Positions 18,006-26,257 of a stretch of DNA of 64,000 nt are shown here, piece by piece (position 1 is the first letter of the stretch; every line of letters starts with the position of its first letter). Where the stretch lies: contig DASRCL010000005.1 in the NCBI GenBank assembly GCA_035653115.1, positions 32,376-96,375 of the forward strand, given 5' to 3'. The position numbers were made by a program, and so were the translations under genes. The stretch comes from Gaiellaceae bacterium. GTDB taxonomy: Bacteria; Actinomycetota; Thermoleophilia; Gaiellales; Gaiellaceae. Under the pieces are notes generated by a model. That model was not told the DNA's origin. It searched no databases and was given only the letters and a program-made list of their open reading frames with translations.

Positions 18006-19840
18006 CCGGTGAGAGGGTAGAGACGGCCGCGACGGTACGCCCACGTGGCGTGATAGCGGCGCGGTACGGACGGGTCGCCGCTGCGCAGCCAGTACAGCAC
18101 CGCCTTCTTGCGCGCGTACGGCATGTTCTTCGTCGTGTTGGCGACGTGCGTCGGCGGCGCCGCGACGATGTAGATCGGCGCGATCGCCGCCGCCTCGTAG
18201 CTCACCTGCAAGGGCGCGATCAGGACGGCCCCTTTCGGCACGCGCGCGCGGATCTGCCGCGCGAGCGGCGCCGGCAGGCGCTGCGGGTCGGTCGCCTCGC
18301 GGGGCGTCCAGTGCAGCGAGCCGTGGACGACCGACGGCAGCACGAAGAGGACCGCCGCAGCCGCGCCGAGACCGTGGCGCTCGACGTGGTCGCGCGGGCG
18401 GCGCCAGAGGGCGAGCGCGAGGGCGACGGCGCCGCCGGCGAGCGCGACCCACACCGCCGCCGCCGGTCCCCCGTGGCGGAGGCCGAGGTCGTAGTCGCCC
18501 GGCCACAGCCGCTGCAGCGCGATGCCGGCCGCGAACGCAAGCGGCAGCACGACGGCCGACCGCGCGAGCAGCGCGAAGGCGCCCGCGAGCGCGAACGCGA
18601 ACGGCACGAAGCCGGCGGCGCGGCGCGACTGCGACAACGACACGGCCTGGGAGAAGTGCACGAAGAGCCACGGCACCTCCATCAGCGCGACGACGAGCAG
18701 CGTCCCGCCGAGCGCGAAGGCAGCCCACCGGCGCCGCCACGCGAGCCCGCAGACCGGGACGAGGAAGAGCGCGGCGACCGTGACGATGCCGGCGCGGTCG
18801 ATCACCTGCGGCGCGAGCCGGTAGTGGTGCACGTTCTCGACGACGAGCTGCGCGCGGTACTGCGAGATCGCGCGCCGCTGCTCGTGCACGCCGGGGTCCT
18901 GCGCGACCGTCTCGTCGAGCACCGGCTTCAGCCACAGCAGCGCGAGCGCCGCCGGAACGACCGCGCACGCAAGCAACTGCCCCCATTCGCGCCAGCGGCG
19001 CGGCTGCAGCACGCACCAGGCGACGAGCGGGATCAGCAGGAAGAGCGCGTAGGTCGAGTGCGTCAGCGCGAGCGCGCCGAACAGGAGCGCCGTCTCGACT
19101 CGGCGGCCGCCGAACCAGAGCGCGGTCGCCGCCGGCACGAGCAGCTGCCGCGCCGCCGTTCCCGGTTCGGCGAGAATCGCGAACGAGCCCCCGTGCGCCG
19201 GGCCGAAGCAGAACAGGGCGAGCGTGAGCGCGAGCACGCTCGCGCCCGCCCAGCGCGAGGCGAAGACGGCGGCTCCCGCCTCCCACGCGACCGCACAGGC
19301 GAGCGGCGCGAGCAGCGACGGCTCGTGCTGCAGCACCGACCCCGGGTCGGCACCCGACACCCACGCGACGACCGCGAGCAGCTCGTGCCACAGCGGGAAG
19401 GCGTAGCCCGGGTGCAGGCCGCCGTCCCTGAACTCGTCGAGCGTCGTCAGGTGCAGGCCGCCCATGTCGACCAGCTTGCGGACGCGCGCTTCGTGGAACA
19501 GGCCGTCGCCGACGACCGCCCCCTCGACCCACCAGAGCGCGATCCCGAGCGCGAGCCCGACGCCGGCGGCGATCCAGGCGCCGTCCGCGTCCGGCCGTTC
19601 CGGGCGTGCGCGGCGGCGCCGGGCGACGGCGAGCGCGCCGAGGAAGATCGCGGCGAGGACCGAGACCGCGAGCGCGATCGACGCGTGCAGCGCGAACACC
19701 AGCGCCCAGGCGACGAACTGCGCCGCCAGCGCCCACGCCAGCAGCGCCGAGGCCGAGCGCTGCCCGGCGGCGCGTGCGAGCGCCCAGCCGGGCGCGAGCA
19801 CGGCGACCGTGCCGGCGGCGAGGCGCAGGTAGAGGATCAC
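18002..19840 (-). CDS. large polytopic membrane protein, possible GT-C-type glycosyltransferase/polymerase (function unassigned)
   Basis: GTG 19840 forms a GTGA overlap. 612 aa with at least 12 hydrophobic segments. A soluble-looking C-terminal ~90 aa follows (HWTPREATDPQRLPAPLARQIRARVPKGAVLIAP...). It sits inside the translationally coupled glycan operon. Confidence 0.6.
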   Translation of the reverse strand: MILYLRLAAGTVAVLAPGWALARAAGQRSASALLAWALAAQFVAWALVFALHASIALAVSVLAAIFLGALAVARRRRARPERPDADGAWIAAGVGLALGIALWWVEGAVVGDGLFHEARVRKLVDMGGLHLTTLDEFRDGGLHPGYAFPLWHELLAVVAWVSGADPGSVLQHEPSLLAPLACAVAWEAGAAVFASRWAGASVLALTLALFCFGPAHGGSFAILAEPGTAARQLLVPAATALWFGGRRVETALLFGALALTHSTYALFLLIPLVAWCVLQPRRWREWGQLLACAVVPAALALLWLKPVLDETVAQDPGVHEQRRAISQYRAQLVVENVHHYRLAPQVIDRAGIVTVAALFLVPVCGLAWRRRWAAFALGGTLLVVALMEVPWLFVHFSQAVSLSQSRRAAGFVPFAFALAGAFALLARSAVVLPLAFAAGIALQRLWPGDYDLGLRHGGPAAAVWVALAGGAVALALALWRRPRDHVERHGLGAAAAVLFVLPSVVHGSLHWTPREATDPQRLPAPLARQIRARVPKGAVLIAPLQVSYEAAAIAPIYIVAAPPTHVANTTKNMPYARKKAVLYWLRSGDPSVPRRYHATWAYRRGRLYPLTG

Positions 19841-20712
19841 TTGCGCAGCAGCGTGTGCACGTCGCCGGACGAGAGGAACCGCACGCCTTCGCGGTACTGC
19901 TCGCGCCGCAGCAGCGCGGCCCGCAGCCGCAGCGACCAGAGCAGCAGGCGCCGGACGCGCTCGGCCTCGCGCGGGCCGCGATGCTTGGCGAACCAGCGCA
20001 GGTGCCCGCGCAGGTTCTCGACGTACAGCCGGCCGCCGTGCGAGGCGCCGCCGACGTGCACCACCTCGGCGCCGGGAAAGAACAGCACCTTCCAGCCGGC
20101 GCGGCGGAAGCGTGTCATCCAGTCGACCTCCTCGCTGAACATGAAGAAGTCCTCGTCGAAGAGCCCGACGTCGTCGACCGCCGCGCGCCGGACGAGTAGC
20201 GCGGGCCCGAACAGCCAGTCGACCTCCGCCACCTCGTCGTGGTCGAAGCCGCCGGCGTAGAGCGGGTTCAGCAGGCGCGAGCGCGGGGCCAGCTTGCGCA
20301 CGAACAGGTACTCGGTGGCGAGGCGCCACAGCGTCGGCTCGCCGCGCGCGGAGCGCTGCAGCGTCCCGTCCGGGTTCAGGAGCCTCGGGCCGACGACCGC
20401 CGCGTCGGGATGCGCGTCGGCGAACGCGACCAGTTGCTCGACCGCATCTCCCAGCACCCACGCGTCGGAGTTGAGCAGGAGGAAGTAGCGACTGTCGGCG
20501 GCGCGCATGCCCGCGTTGTTGCCAGCGCCCATGCCGACGTTCGCCTGCTCGAGCAGGCGCACGTCGCGATAGCGCTCGCGGATGAGCTCGAGCGTGCCGT
20601 CGGTCGAGCCGTTGTCGACGACGACGACGTCGTGGCCGCGGACGGAGTCGAGGCAGCGCTCGACCCAGGGCAGCGCGTTGAACGTGACGACGACGACCGT
20701 GACGTCAGCCAC
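19837..20712 (-). CDS. glycosyltransferase family 2
   Basis: Sequence shows VVVVTFNALPWVERCLDSV, VVVDNGSTDGT and LLLNSDAW (DXD-type). No TM segment is present. Confidence 0.9.
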   Translation of the reverse strand: MADVTVVVVTFNALPWVERCLDSVRGHDVVVVDNGSTDGTLELIRERYRDVRLLEQANVGMGAGNNAGMRAADSRYFLLLNSDAWVLGDAVEQLVAFADAHPDAAVVGPRLLNPDGTLQRSARGEPTLWRLATEYLFVRKLAPRSRLLNPLYAGGFDHDEVAEVDWLFGPALLVRRAAVDDVGLFDEDFFMFSEEVDWMTRFRRAGWKVLFFPGAEVVHVGGASHGGRLYVENLRGHLRWFAKHRGPREAERVRRLLLWSLRLRAALLRREQYREGVRFLSSGDVHTLLRK

Positions 20713-21685
20713 TGTGCGGCAGCGGCGCGCGCGCGCGGCGATCGAAGACGTTCTCCCAGAGGATCACGGCGACGCCGGGGAGCGCGAGCACGATCGTCAT
20801 CACGAAGAACAGGAACCCGCACGCGAACGCCTTGTCGGAGTGCACGCCAAGGTGTCCGAGGAAGTTGACGAAGAACGCCTCGCGCACGCCGATCCCGTTG
20901 ACGGTGAACGGCACGAGCATGACGAGGAAGAGCAGCGGACCGAGCGCGACGTACGGGAGGATCGAGAGGTGAATGCCGACGGCGCGGCCGGACGCGTAGA
21001 TCGCGACGATCCGGATCAGCTGCTGCGACGCCGACACGACCGCGACCACGAACAGCGTGCCGACGTGGTCGCGGTAGCCGTGCAGCCCCTCGTAGACGGC
21101 GCGCGCGGGCCGCTCGACGCGCAGGCGGCGCGCGTACGGCAGCGCGAACCGCAGCCGCGACCGGATCGAGCGCGAGAAGAAGACGAACGCGACGCCGATC
21201 GTCGCGACGACGAAGATCGCCTCCACCCACAGGTAGGCGCCGATCGGATAGCCGCGCCCGAGCGCGAGCAGCAGGCCGACGCCGGCGAGGAACAGCGTCA
21301 CGGCCCCGCCGAGCGCGCGCTCGAGCAGCACCGAGCCGGTGATCGGCGTCCCGCGGCCGGGGTTGCGGCGGATCGTCTCGAAGATGCGGGACGCGTCGCC
21401 GCCGACGGACGTCGGCAGCACCTGCCCGACGGCGTACGAGACGAAGTACGCCCGCGTCAGCCACGGGACGCCTTCGTGCACGCCGCGCACGCGCAGCAGC
21501 TGCTGCCAGCGCCACGCCATCGGCGGCACCGTCACGATCGTGAGCGCCGCCGACAGGACGAGCCACGGCACGCTCGCGTTGCCGATGATGTCGACCGTCT
21601 TGTGGACGTCGATCTTCGAGAGGATGTAGGCGATCGCCGCCGCCGTGACGAGCAGCGTCGCGGCGACGCGCAGCGGCTTGCTCAT
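20705..21685 (-). CDS. flippase-like (LPG-synthase-TM / UPF0104) membrane protein
   Basis: ATG 21685 forms an ATGA overlap. 326 aa with about 8 TM segments. RWQQLLRVRG and LPTSVGGDASRIF are typical of the lysylphosphatidylglycerol-synthase TM / flippase-like family, which is often paired with GT2 enzymes. Confidence 0.75.
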   Translation of the reverse strand: MSKPLRVAATLLVTAAAIAYILSKIDVHKTVDIIGNASVPWLVLSAALTIVTVPPMAWRWQQLLRVRGVHEGVPWLTRAYFVSYAVGQVLPTSVGGDASRIFETIRRNPGRGTPITGSVLLERALGGAVTLFLAGVGLLLALGRGYPIGAYLWVEAIFVVATIGVAFVFFSRSIRSRLRFALPYARRLRVERPARAVYEGLHGYRDHVGTLFVVAVVSASQQLIRIVAIYASGRAVGIHLSILPYVALGPLLFLVMLVPFTVNGIGVREAFFVNFLGHLGVHSDKAFACGFLFFVMTIVLALPGVAVILWENVFDRRARAPLPHSG

Positions 21686-22800
21686 CGGTTCAGCCGCTCG
21701 TGCACGCGCCGCAGCGCCGCGGCGGCGTCGCGGATGTCGTCGTCCGAGTGCGCCGGCGAGAGCGGCAGCGACAGCACCTCGCGGCCGGCGCGCTCGGCGA
21801 CCGGCAGCGGCGGCTGGTGCGGCGCGAGACGGTCCCGGTACGCGCTCAGGCGGTGCACAGGCAGGAAGTGGATCGACGTGCCGACGTTCTCGTCGGCGAG
21901 CGCGCGCTGCACCTCGTCGCGGCCGGCGAAGGTGATGCGGACGACGTAGAGGTGGTTCGCGTGCAGGTCGCGCGGGTCGCGTGCGACGGCCTCCACGCCG
22001 TCGAGCTCCGCGACCGTCTCGTCGTAGATCTCGACCTGCCGCCGCCGCCGCTCCGCGTGCTCGGCGAGCTTGTCGAACTGCACGAGCGCGATCGTCGCCA
22101 GCACGTCGCTCAGGTTCGCCTTGTAGCCGGGCACGGCGATGTCGTAGAGCGACCCGTGGCCGCGCCGCATCACGCGCAGGTCGTCGAGCCGCGCGGCGAG
22201 CTCGTCGGAGCTCGTGCTGATCAGCCCGCCCTCGCCCGCGGCGATGTTCTTCGTCGCATAGAGCGAGAAGCAGGTGAGGTCGGAGATCGAGCCGACCTTG
22301 CGGCCGCGGTAGCGCGACTCGGCCGCGTGCGCGGCGTCCTCGACCAACGGCAGCCCGAGCTCGCGCAGCGGGTCGAGGTCGGCCGGCTGCCCGTAGAGGT
22401 CGACCGGGACGATCGCCTTCGTGCGCTCGTTGACCAGCGCGGCAACATGGTCGGGGTCGACGTTCAGCGTGTCGTCGCGAACGTCGGCGAAGACGGGCGT
22501 CGCGCCGCAGTGCACGATCACGTTCGCCGTCGCAGGCCACGTGATCGGGGTGGTGATCACCTCGTCGCCCGGACCGACGCCCAGCGCGACGAGCGACAGG
22601 TGGAGCGCCGCGGTGCCCGACGACACCGCGAGCACGTGCCTCGCCTCGAGGTACTCCCGCAGCCGCGCCTCGAGCTCGGCGGTGCGCGGCCCGGTCGTCA
22701 GCCAGCCGGAGCGGAGCGTCTCGGCGACGGCGTCGATCTCTGCCTCGGTGATCGCCGGCGGCTGGAACGACAGGAACGTGCTGCGCCGGGTCGCCTCCAC
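21682..22800 (-). CDS. DegT/DnrJ/EryC1/StrS family PLP-dependent sugar aminotransferase
   Basis: Sequence has AVSSGTAALHLSLVALG and FSLYATKNIAAGEGG (Schiff-base Lys context). Confidence 0.92.
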   Translation of the reverse strand: MEATRRSTFLSFQPPAITEAEIDAVAETLRSGWLTTGPRTAELEARLREYLEARHVLAVSSGTAALHLSLVALGVGPGDEVITTPITWPATANVIVHCGATPVFADVRDDTLNVDPDHVAALVNERTKAIVPVDLYGQPADLDPLRELGLPLVEDAAHAAESRYRGRKVGSISDLTCFSLYATKNIAAGEGGLISTSSDELAARLDDLRVMRRGHGSLYDIAVPGYKANLSDVLATIALVQFDKLAEHAERRRRQVEIYDETVAELDGVEAVARDPRDLHANHLYVVRITFAGRDEVQRALADENVGTSIHFLPVHRLSAYRDRLAPHQPPLPVAERAGREVLSLPLSPAHSDDDIRDAAAALRRVHERLNR

Positions 22801-22826
22801 GATCCGGAAGCGTATCCCGCGCTACC

Positions 22827-23573
22827 TTGGGCCCCGTGCTGCGTCGGCTCGTCGTCGCGGCAGGCATCGTCGCGGTCGCCGCCGGCGCCGCTCGTGCCGC
22901 GACGCATCCGTTCCCGCGCTTCGCGCCTGGCTCGGGCTGCGTGCGCGCCGACTTCCGAAGCGGCGGGCAGACGATTCGCGCCGAGCGCTGCGGGCCTGCG
23001 TCGGGACGGCGCGCGGTCATCGTGCTCCACGGCTGCGGCGGCTTCTCGACCTTCGACCACGAGCTCGCGGTCGACCTGCCGCGGTTCGGCCTCTCGACGC
23101 TCTATGTCGACTACTTCGGGCCCACCCCGCCGCCGGGGACGAAGGGGTTCTGCCAGGGATTCGCGGGGCCGGATCCGTTCCCGACATGGGAGCGCGTGGC
23201 GGCCGACGCGGCGCGGACGCTGCGCGCGCGCTTCGCCGCCGTCGGGGCGGTCGGCTGGTCGCTCGGCGCCGGCGTCGCGCTCGCGGCGGCCGAGGACTCG
23301 CATCCGTTCGACGCGGTCGCCGCGTTCTCGCCGCTCGCGTTCCCGCCCGAGCTCGCACGCGCCGGCGAGCTTCCGCCGACGATCTTCCTCGACGGCGGCA
23401 CGCACGACATCGTCCCGCCCGAGAACGCGCGGGCGTGGTACACGGCGGCGCGGCGTGCGCACGTCCCTGCGGCGCTCTACGTCTACGGCGACGGGACGCA
23501 CAACTGGCCCGGGCGGCAGGGCGCGCTCGGTCGTGCGCGCGCCGCGGCGTTCCTGCTGCGCTACCTCAGATAA
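22827..23573 (+). CDS. secreted alpha/beta hydrolase (dienelactone-hydrolase-like)
   Basis: Signal-peptide-like N-terminus RRLVVAAGIVAVAAGAARA. VIVLHGCGG and the nucleophile elbow GWSLGAG are present. The start is TTG 22827 or GTG 22836. Confidence 0.75.
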   Translation: MGPVLRRLVVAAGIVAVAAGAARAATHPFPRFAPGSGCVRADFRSGGQTIRAERCGPASGRRAVIVLHGCGGFSTFDHELAVDLPRFGLSTLYVDYFGPTPPPGTKGFCQGFAGPDPFPTWERVAADAARTLRARFAAVGAVGWSLGAGVALAAAEDSHPFDAVAAFSPLAFPPELARAGELPPTIFLDGGTHDIVPPENARAWYTAARRAHVPAALYVYGDGTHNWPGRQGALGRARAAAFLLRYLR

Positions 23574-23576
23574 CGC

Positions 23577-24782
23577 TCAGGGAGCGGCGGCTTCGATCCG
23601 GAGCGCGGCGGCGCCCTCGCTCGCGCGGCGCAGCGCGTCGTTCGCGTCGTCGCCCGTCGCGATCACGTAGCCGCGCCGGTCGGCGTCGACGCGCAGCGGA
23701 CCGATCTCCGCGCCGACGTCGAAGTAGAGGCCGACGTCGAGGACGCCGTCGCACGCGCGCGCGTCGTCGAGGCCGTCGATACGGGTCACCCGGCCGACGG
23801 GCAGGAAGCCCGGCGACGCCGTCAGGAACCGAATAGCGACCGGGCGGACGAACCGCGGCGTGATCAGCTCGTCGGGCACCGCGCGCCCGAGCGCCTGGGC
23901 GATCGCGACGTCGTAGAGGTCGATGCCGGTCGCGTGCAGGACGAGGTCGGCCATCTGCCCGGCCGCGATCCGCGCCGCCACCTCGACGACGACGACGCCG
24001 TCCGGGGTCGCGAGCAGTTGCGGGAACGCGATCCCGTCGCGCAGGCCGAGGCAGCGGATCGCGTCGGCGGCGACACGGTCCGCTTCCGCGAGGAGCTCGT
24101 CGGGCAGCGTCGAGGGGAAGCGGTGGATCCAGCCGACGCCGAAGCCGGCGCCGCCGGGGCGGAGGCGGTCGGAGAGCGTGAGGAGGGTCGGCTCGCCGTC
24201 GCGGACGACGTAGAGCGCGTTCAGCTCGTCGCCCGCGACGTACTCCTCGAGCAGCGCCTCCCCACGCTGCGAGAGCGCGATCGCCTCCGGGAGGACCTCC
24301 TCGAGCCCGTCGCGACGCTCCACGAGGAAGAGCCCGCGCTGGCCGCCCGAGTCGGCCGGCTTCAGCACCGCGGGGAACCGCAGCCCGTCGAGCTCGGCGA
24401 AGCCGTCCTCGGTCAGGACCGCATGGGGCGGCTGCGGGACGCCGCAGTCCGCGAGCCGCGCGCGCATCGTCGGCTTGTGCGTCATCCGGCGGGCGACCTC
24501 CGGCCCGATTCCGGGCAGCCCGCAGCGCTCGGCCACGCTCGCCGCCGGGACGACAGCACGGTCGGTGCAGACGGCGAGGACGCCGTCCACGCGCTCGCGC
24601 TCCGCGACGCGCGCGACCGCGTCGACGTCGCTGAAGTCGACGGCCTCGGCGACGTCGCAGAGCGCGAAGCCGGGTGCGTCGGGCGCCGCGTCGCAGGCGA
24701 CGACGCGATGGCCTGCGGCGCGCGCGCGCCGGATCCCGGCGAGCTGCGAGACGCTGGCTCCCAGGAAGAGGAGCGTTGCCAA
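23577..24782 (-). CDS. ATP-grasp domain ligase (paralogue 1)
   Basis: Contains LLFLGASVSQL, THKPTMRARLADCGVPQP, FPAVLKPADSGGQRGLFLV and GVGWIHRFPS. TTG start at 24782. Confidence 0.88.
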   Translation of the reverse strand: MATLLFLGASVSQLAGIRRARAAGHRVVACDAAPDAPGFALCDVAEAVDFSDVDAVARVAERERVDGVLAVCTDRAVVPAASVAERCGLPGIGPEVARRMTHKPTMRARLADCGVPQPPHAVLTEDGFAELDGLRFPAVLKPADSGGQRGLFLVERRDGLEEVLPEAIALSQRGEALLEEYVAGDELNALYVVRDGEPTLLTLSDRLRPGGAGFGVGWIHRFPSTLPDELLAEADRVAADAIRCLGLRDGIAFPQLLATPDGVVVVEVAARIAAGQMADLVLHATGIDLYDVAIAQALGRAVPDELITPRFVRPVAIRFLTASPGFLPVGRVTRIDGLDDARACDGVLDVGLYFDVGAEIGPLRVDADRRGYVIATGDDANDALRRASEGAAALRIEAAAP

Positions 24783-24883
24783 CCTCGCAGGACGGTACGC
24801 CGCGTCGTCTTACCGGTTGCTGAACGCGTCACGGCGGGGGCGGGCGGCGGCGGCGCGGGTTGTGGCGGGCGGGTCTCGCCCGG

Positions 24884-26257
24884 TCAGGAGGCGAGCGCGG
24901 GGTCGGAGGCGACGCGGAAGCGGATCGCCTGCGCGGCCTGCTCGGCGCGCTCGACGGCGTCGTCGCGCGAGGCGCCGGTGACGAGAACGGCTCCGGCCCG
25001 GTCGGCGCCGCGGCGGAGCGGCGTGAAGACGTAGCCGGGCGTGCGGTAGATGCGGACGCGTTCGAGCTCCGGCGGCACCTCGACGCCTTCGAACACGCCC
25101 GGCGGGGCGACGAGGAAGCGCGTGACCGCGCCGCCGACGCGGGCGACCGGGGTCGGCAGCGCAAGCGGGCGCCCGAGCGCGGCGTCGATCGCCAGGTCGT
25201 TGAGCGGCACGCCGGTCGCAGCCTCCACGAGCTCCGCGTCGTGGCCGCCCCCGAGCCGCGCCGCCACCTCGATCACCTTCGGCCCGTCCCCGTCGACACG
25301 CAGCTGCGTGTAGCTCGGCCCCTCGGTGATTCCGAGGGCAGCCACCGCTGCTCGGGCCACGTCTTGGCTCAGAGCCAGGACGTGGCCCGGCGAGCCAGTG
25401 GCCCGAGCGGCTCCGACGCCGTCGTTCGCGCGCGTAGTGCGGCTCGGAGCGGCAGAGGACGTCGCCTCCGCGGCCACGTCCCGGCCTGGAGGCTGGACAT
25501 GGTCCGTTGCCGCACCGGACGCGGCCGCTTCGGCCGCGTCCTGGCTCAGAGCCAGGACGCGGCTCGGCCAGACATGTGCGAGCGCGACGCCGAAGGCGGG
25601 CGGGTCGGCGACGACCCGGTCGGTGACGGCGAGCGCGGCGAAGCGGCCGCCGCCCGAGAAGCCGATCACCGTCACCTCCGGCCCGTCGACGAGCTCCTCG
25701 ACGAGCGCGAGGCCGTTTCGCGCCGCGCCGCGCGCGGTGGCGACCGCGCCCGCGAGATCGCCGCCCGGCAGCACGAGCGTGAGACCCTTCTGCCCCTGCC
25801 GGTCGGGCGCCTTCACCACCGCAGCCCCCGCCACGTCCGGCAGCGGGTCGCCGGCTCCGACGACCCACCAACGCGGCTGCGGCACGCCCGCCGCGGCGAG
25901 GCGCTCGCGCTGACGCAGCTTGTTCGTGGCGAGCACCGCCGCTTGCGGCGTGAGCGGATGCGGCAGCCCGAGCCGCTCCGCGACGCGCGCCGCGACCGCG
26001 ACCGGCCAGTCCGTCCCCGGCGCGACGAGCCCGCCGACGCCGAGCGCCGCCGCGAGCCGCTCGATCGCCGGCTCGTCCTCCGTCGAGAGGATGCAGCGCC
26101 GATCGGCGAGCGCGAATCCCGGCGCCGCCGGGTCACGGTCGACGACCGCCGTCCAGACACCGCGCGCCCGCGCCGCCTCGAGCAGGCCGAGCTGCGCCGG
26201 CCCCGCGCCTAGGACGAGTAGGCGCGGGCTTCGCGCGCGAGGATCGCCCTCCACCAC
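24884..26257 (-). CDS. ATP-grasp domain ligase (paralogue 2) carrying an in-frame 59-codon repeat-flanked insertion
   Basis: Contains LLVLGAGPAQL, TNKLRQRERLAAAGVPQP and AAVVKAPDRQGQKGLTLV. The ATP-grasp core is interrupted between HVWPSR and VLALSQDVARAAV by 59 low-complexity residues that the paralogues lack. The GTG start overlaps the rfbB stop by 49 nt. Confidence 0.8.
   Translation of the reverse strand: MVEGDPRARSPRLLVLGAGPAQLGLLEAARARGVWTAVVDRDPAAPGFALADRRCILSTEDEPAIERLAAALGVGGLVAPGTDWPVAVAARVAERLGLPHPLTPQAAVLATNKLRQRERLAAAGVPQPRWWVVGAGDPLPDVAGAAVVKAPDRQGQKGLTLVLPGGDLAGAVATARGAARNGLALVEELVDGPEVTVIGFSGGGRFAALAVTDRVVADPPAFGVALAHVWPSRVLALSQDAAEAAASGAATDHVQPPGRDVAAEATSSAAPSRTTRANDGVGAARATGSPGHVLALSQDVARAAVAALGITEGPSYTQLRVDGDGPKVIEVAARLGGGHDAELVEAATGVPLNDLAIDAALGRPLALPTPVARVGGAVTRFLVAPPGVFEGVEVPPELERVRIYRTPGYVFTPLRRGADRAGAVLVTGASRDDAVERAEQAAQAIRFRVASDPALAS
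25354..25563. repeat. palindrome-flanked repeat element, copy 1 (inside the ATP-grasp CDS)
   Basis: 25354..25388 is a 35-nt palindrome, GGGCCACGTCTTGGCTC-A-GAGCCAGGACGTGGCCC, with 1 mismatch. 25533..25563 is a perfect 31-nt palindrome, GCCGCGTCCTGGCTC-A-GAGCCAGGACGCGGC. Their centres are 177 nt apart. The internal sequence shares TGGACATGG, CCGTTGC and GCCGCTT(T)CGGCC blocks with 37234..37369. Confidence 0.75.

Noticed and set aside
25354-25563. The repeated palindromes (25354/25533, 37234/37350, 41297/41389) as a CRISPR array.
   Set aside because: Each site has only two copies. Spacings are unequal (177, 116 and 92 nt). One pair lies inside a coding sequence. No cas genes are present.
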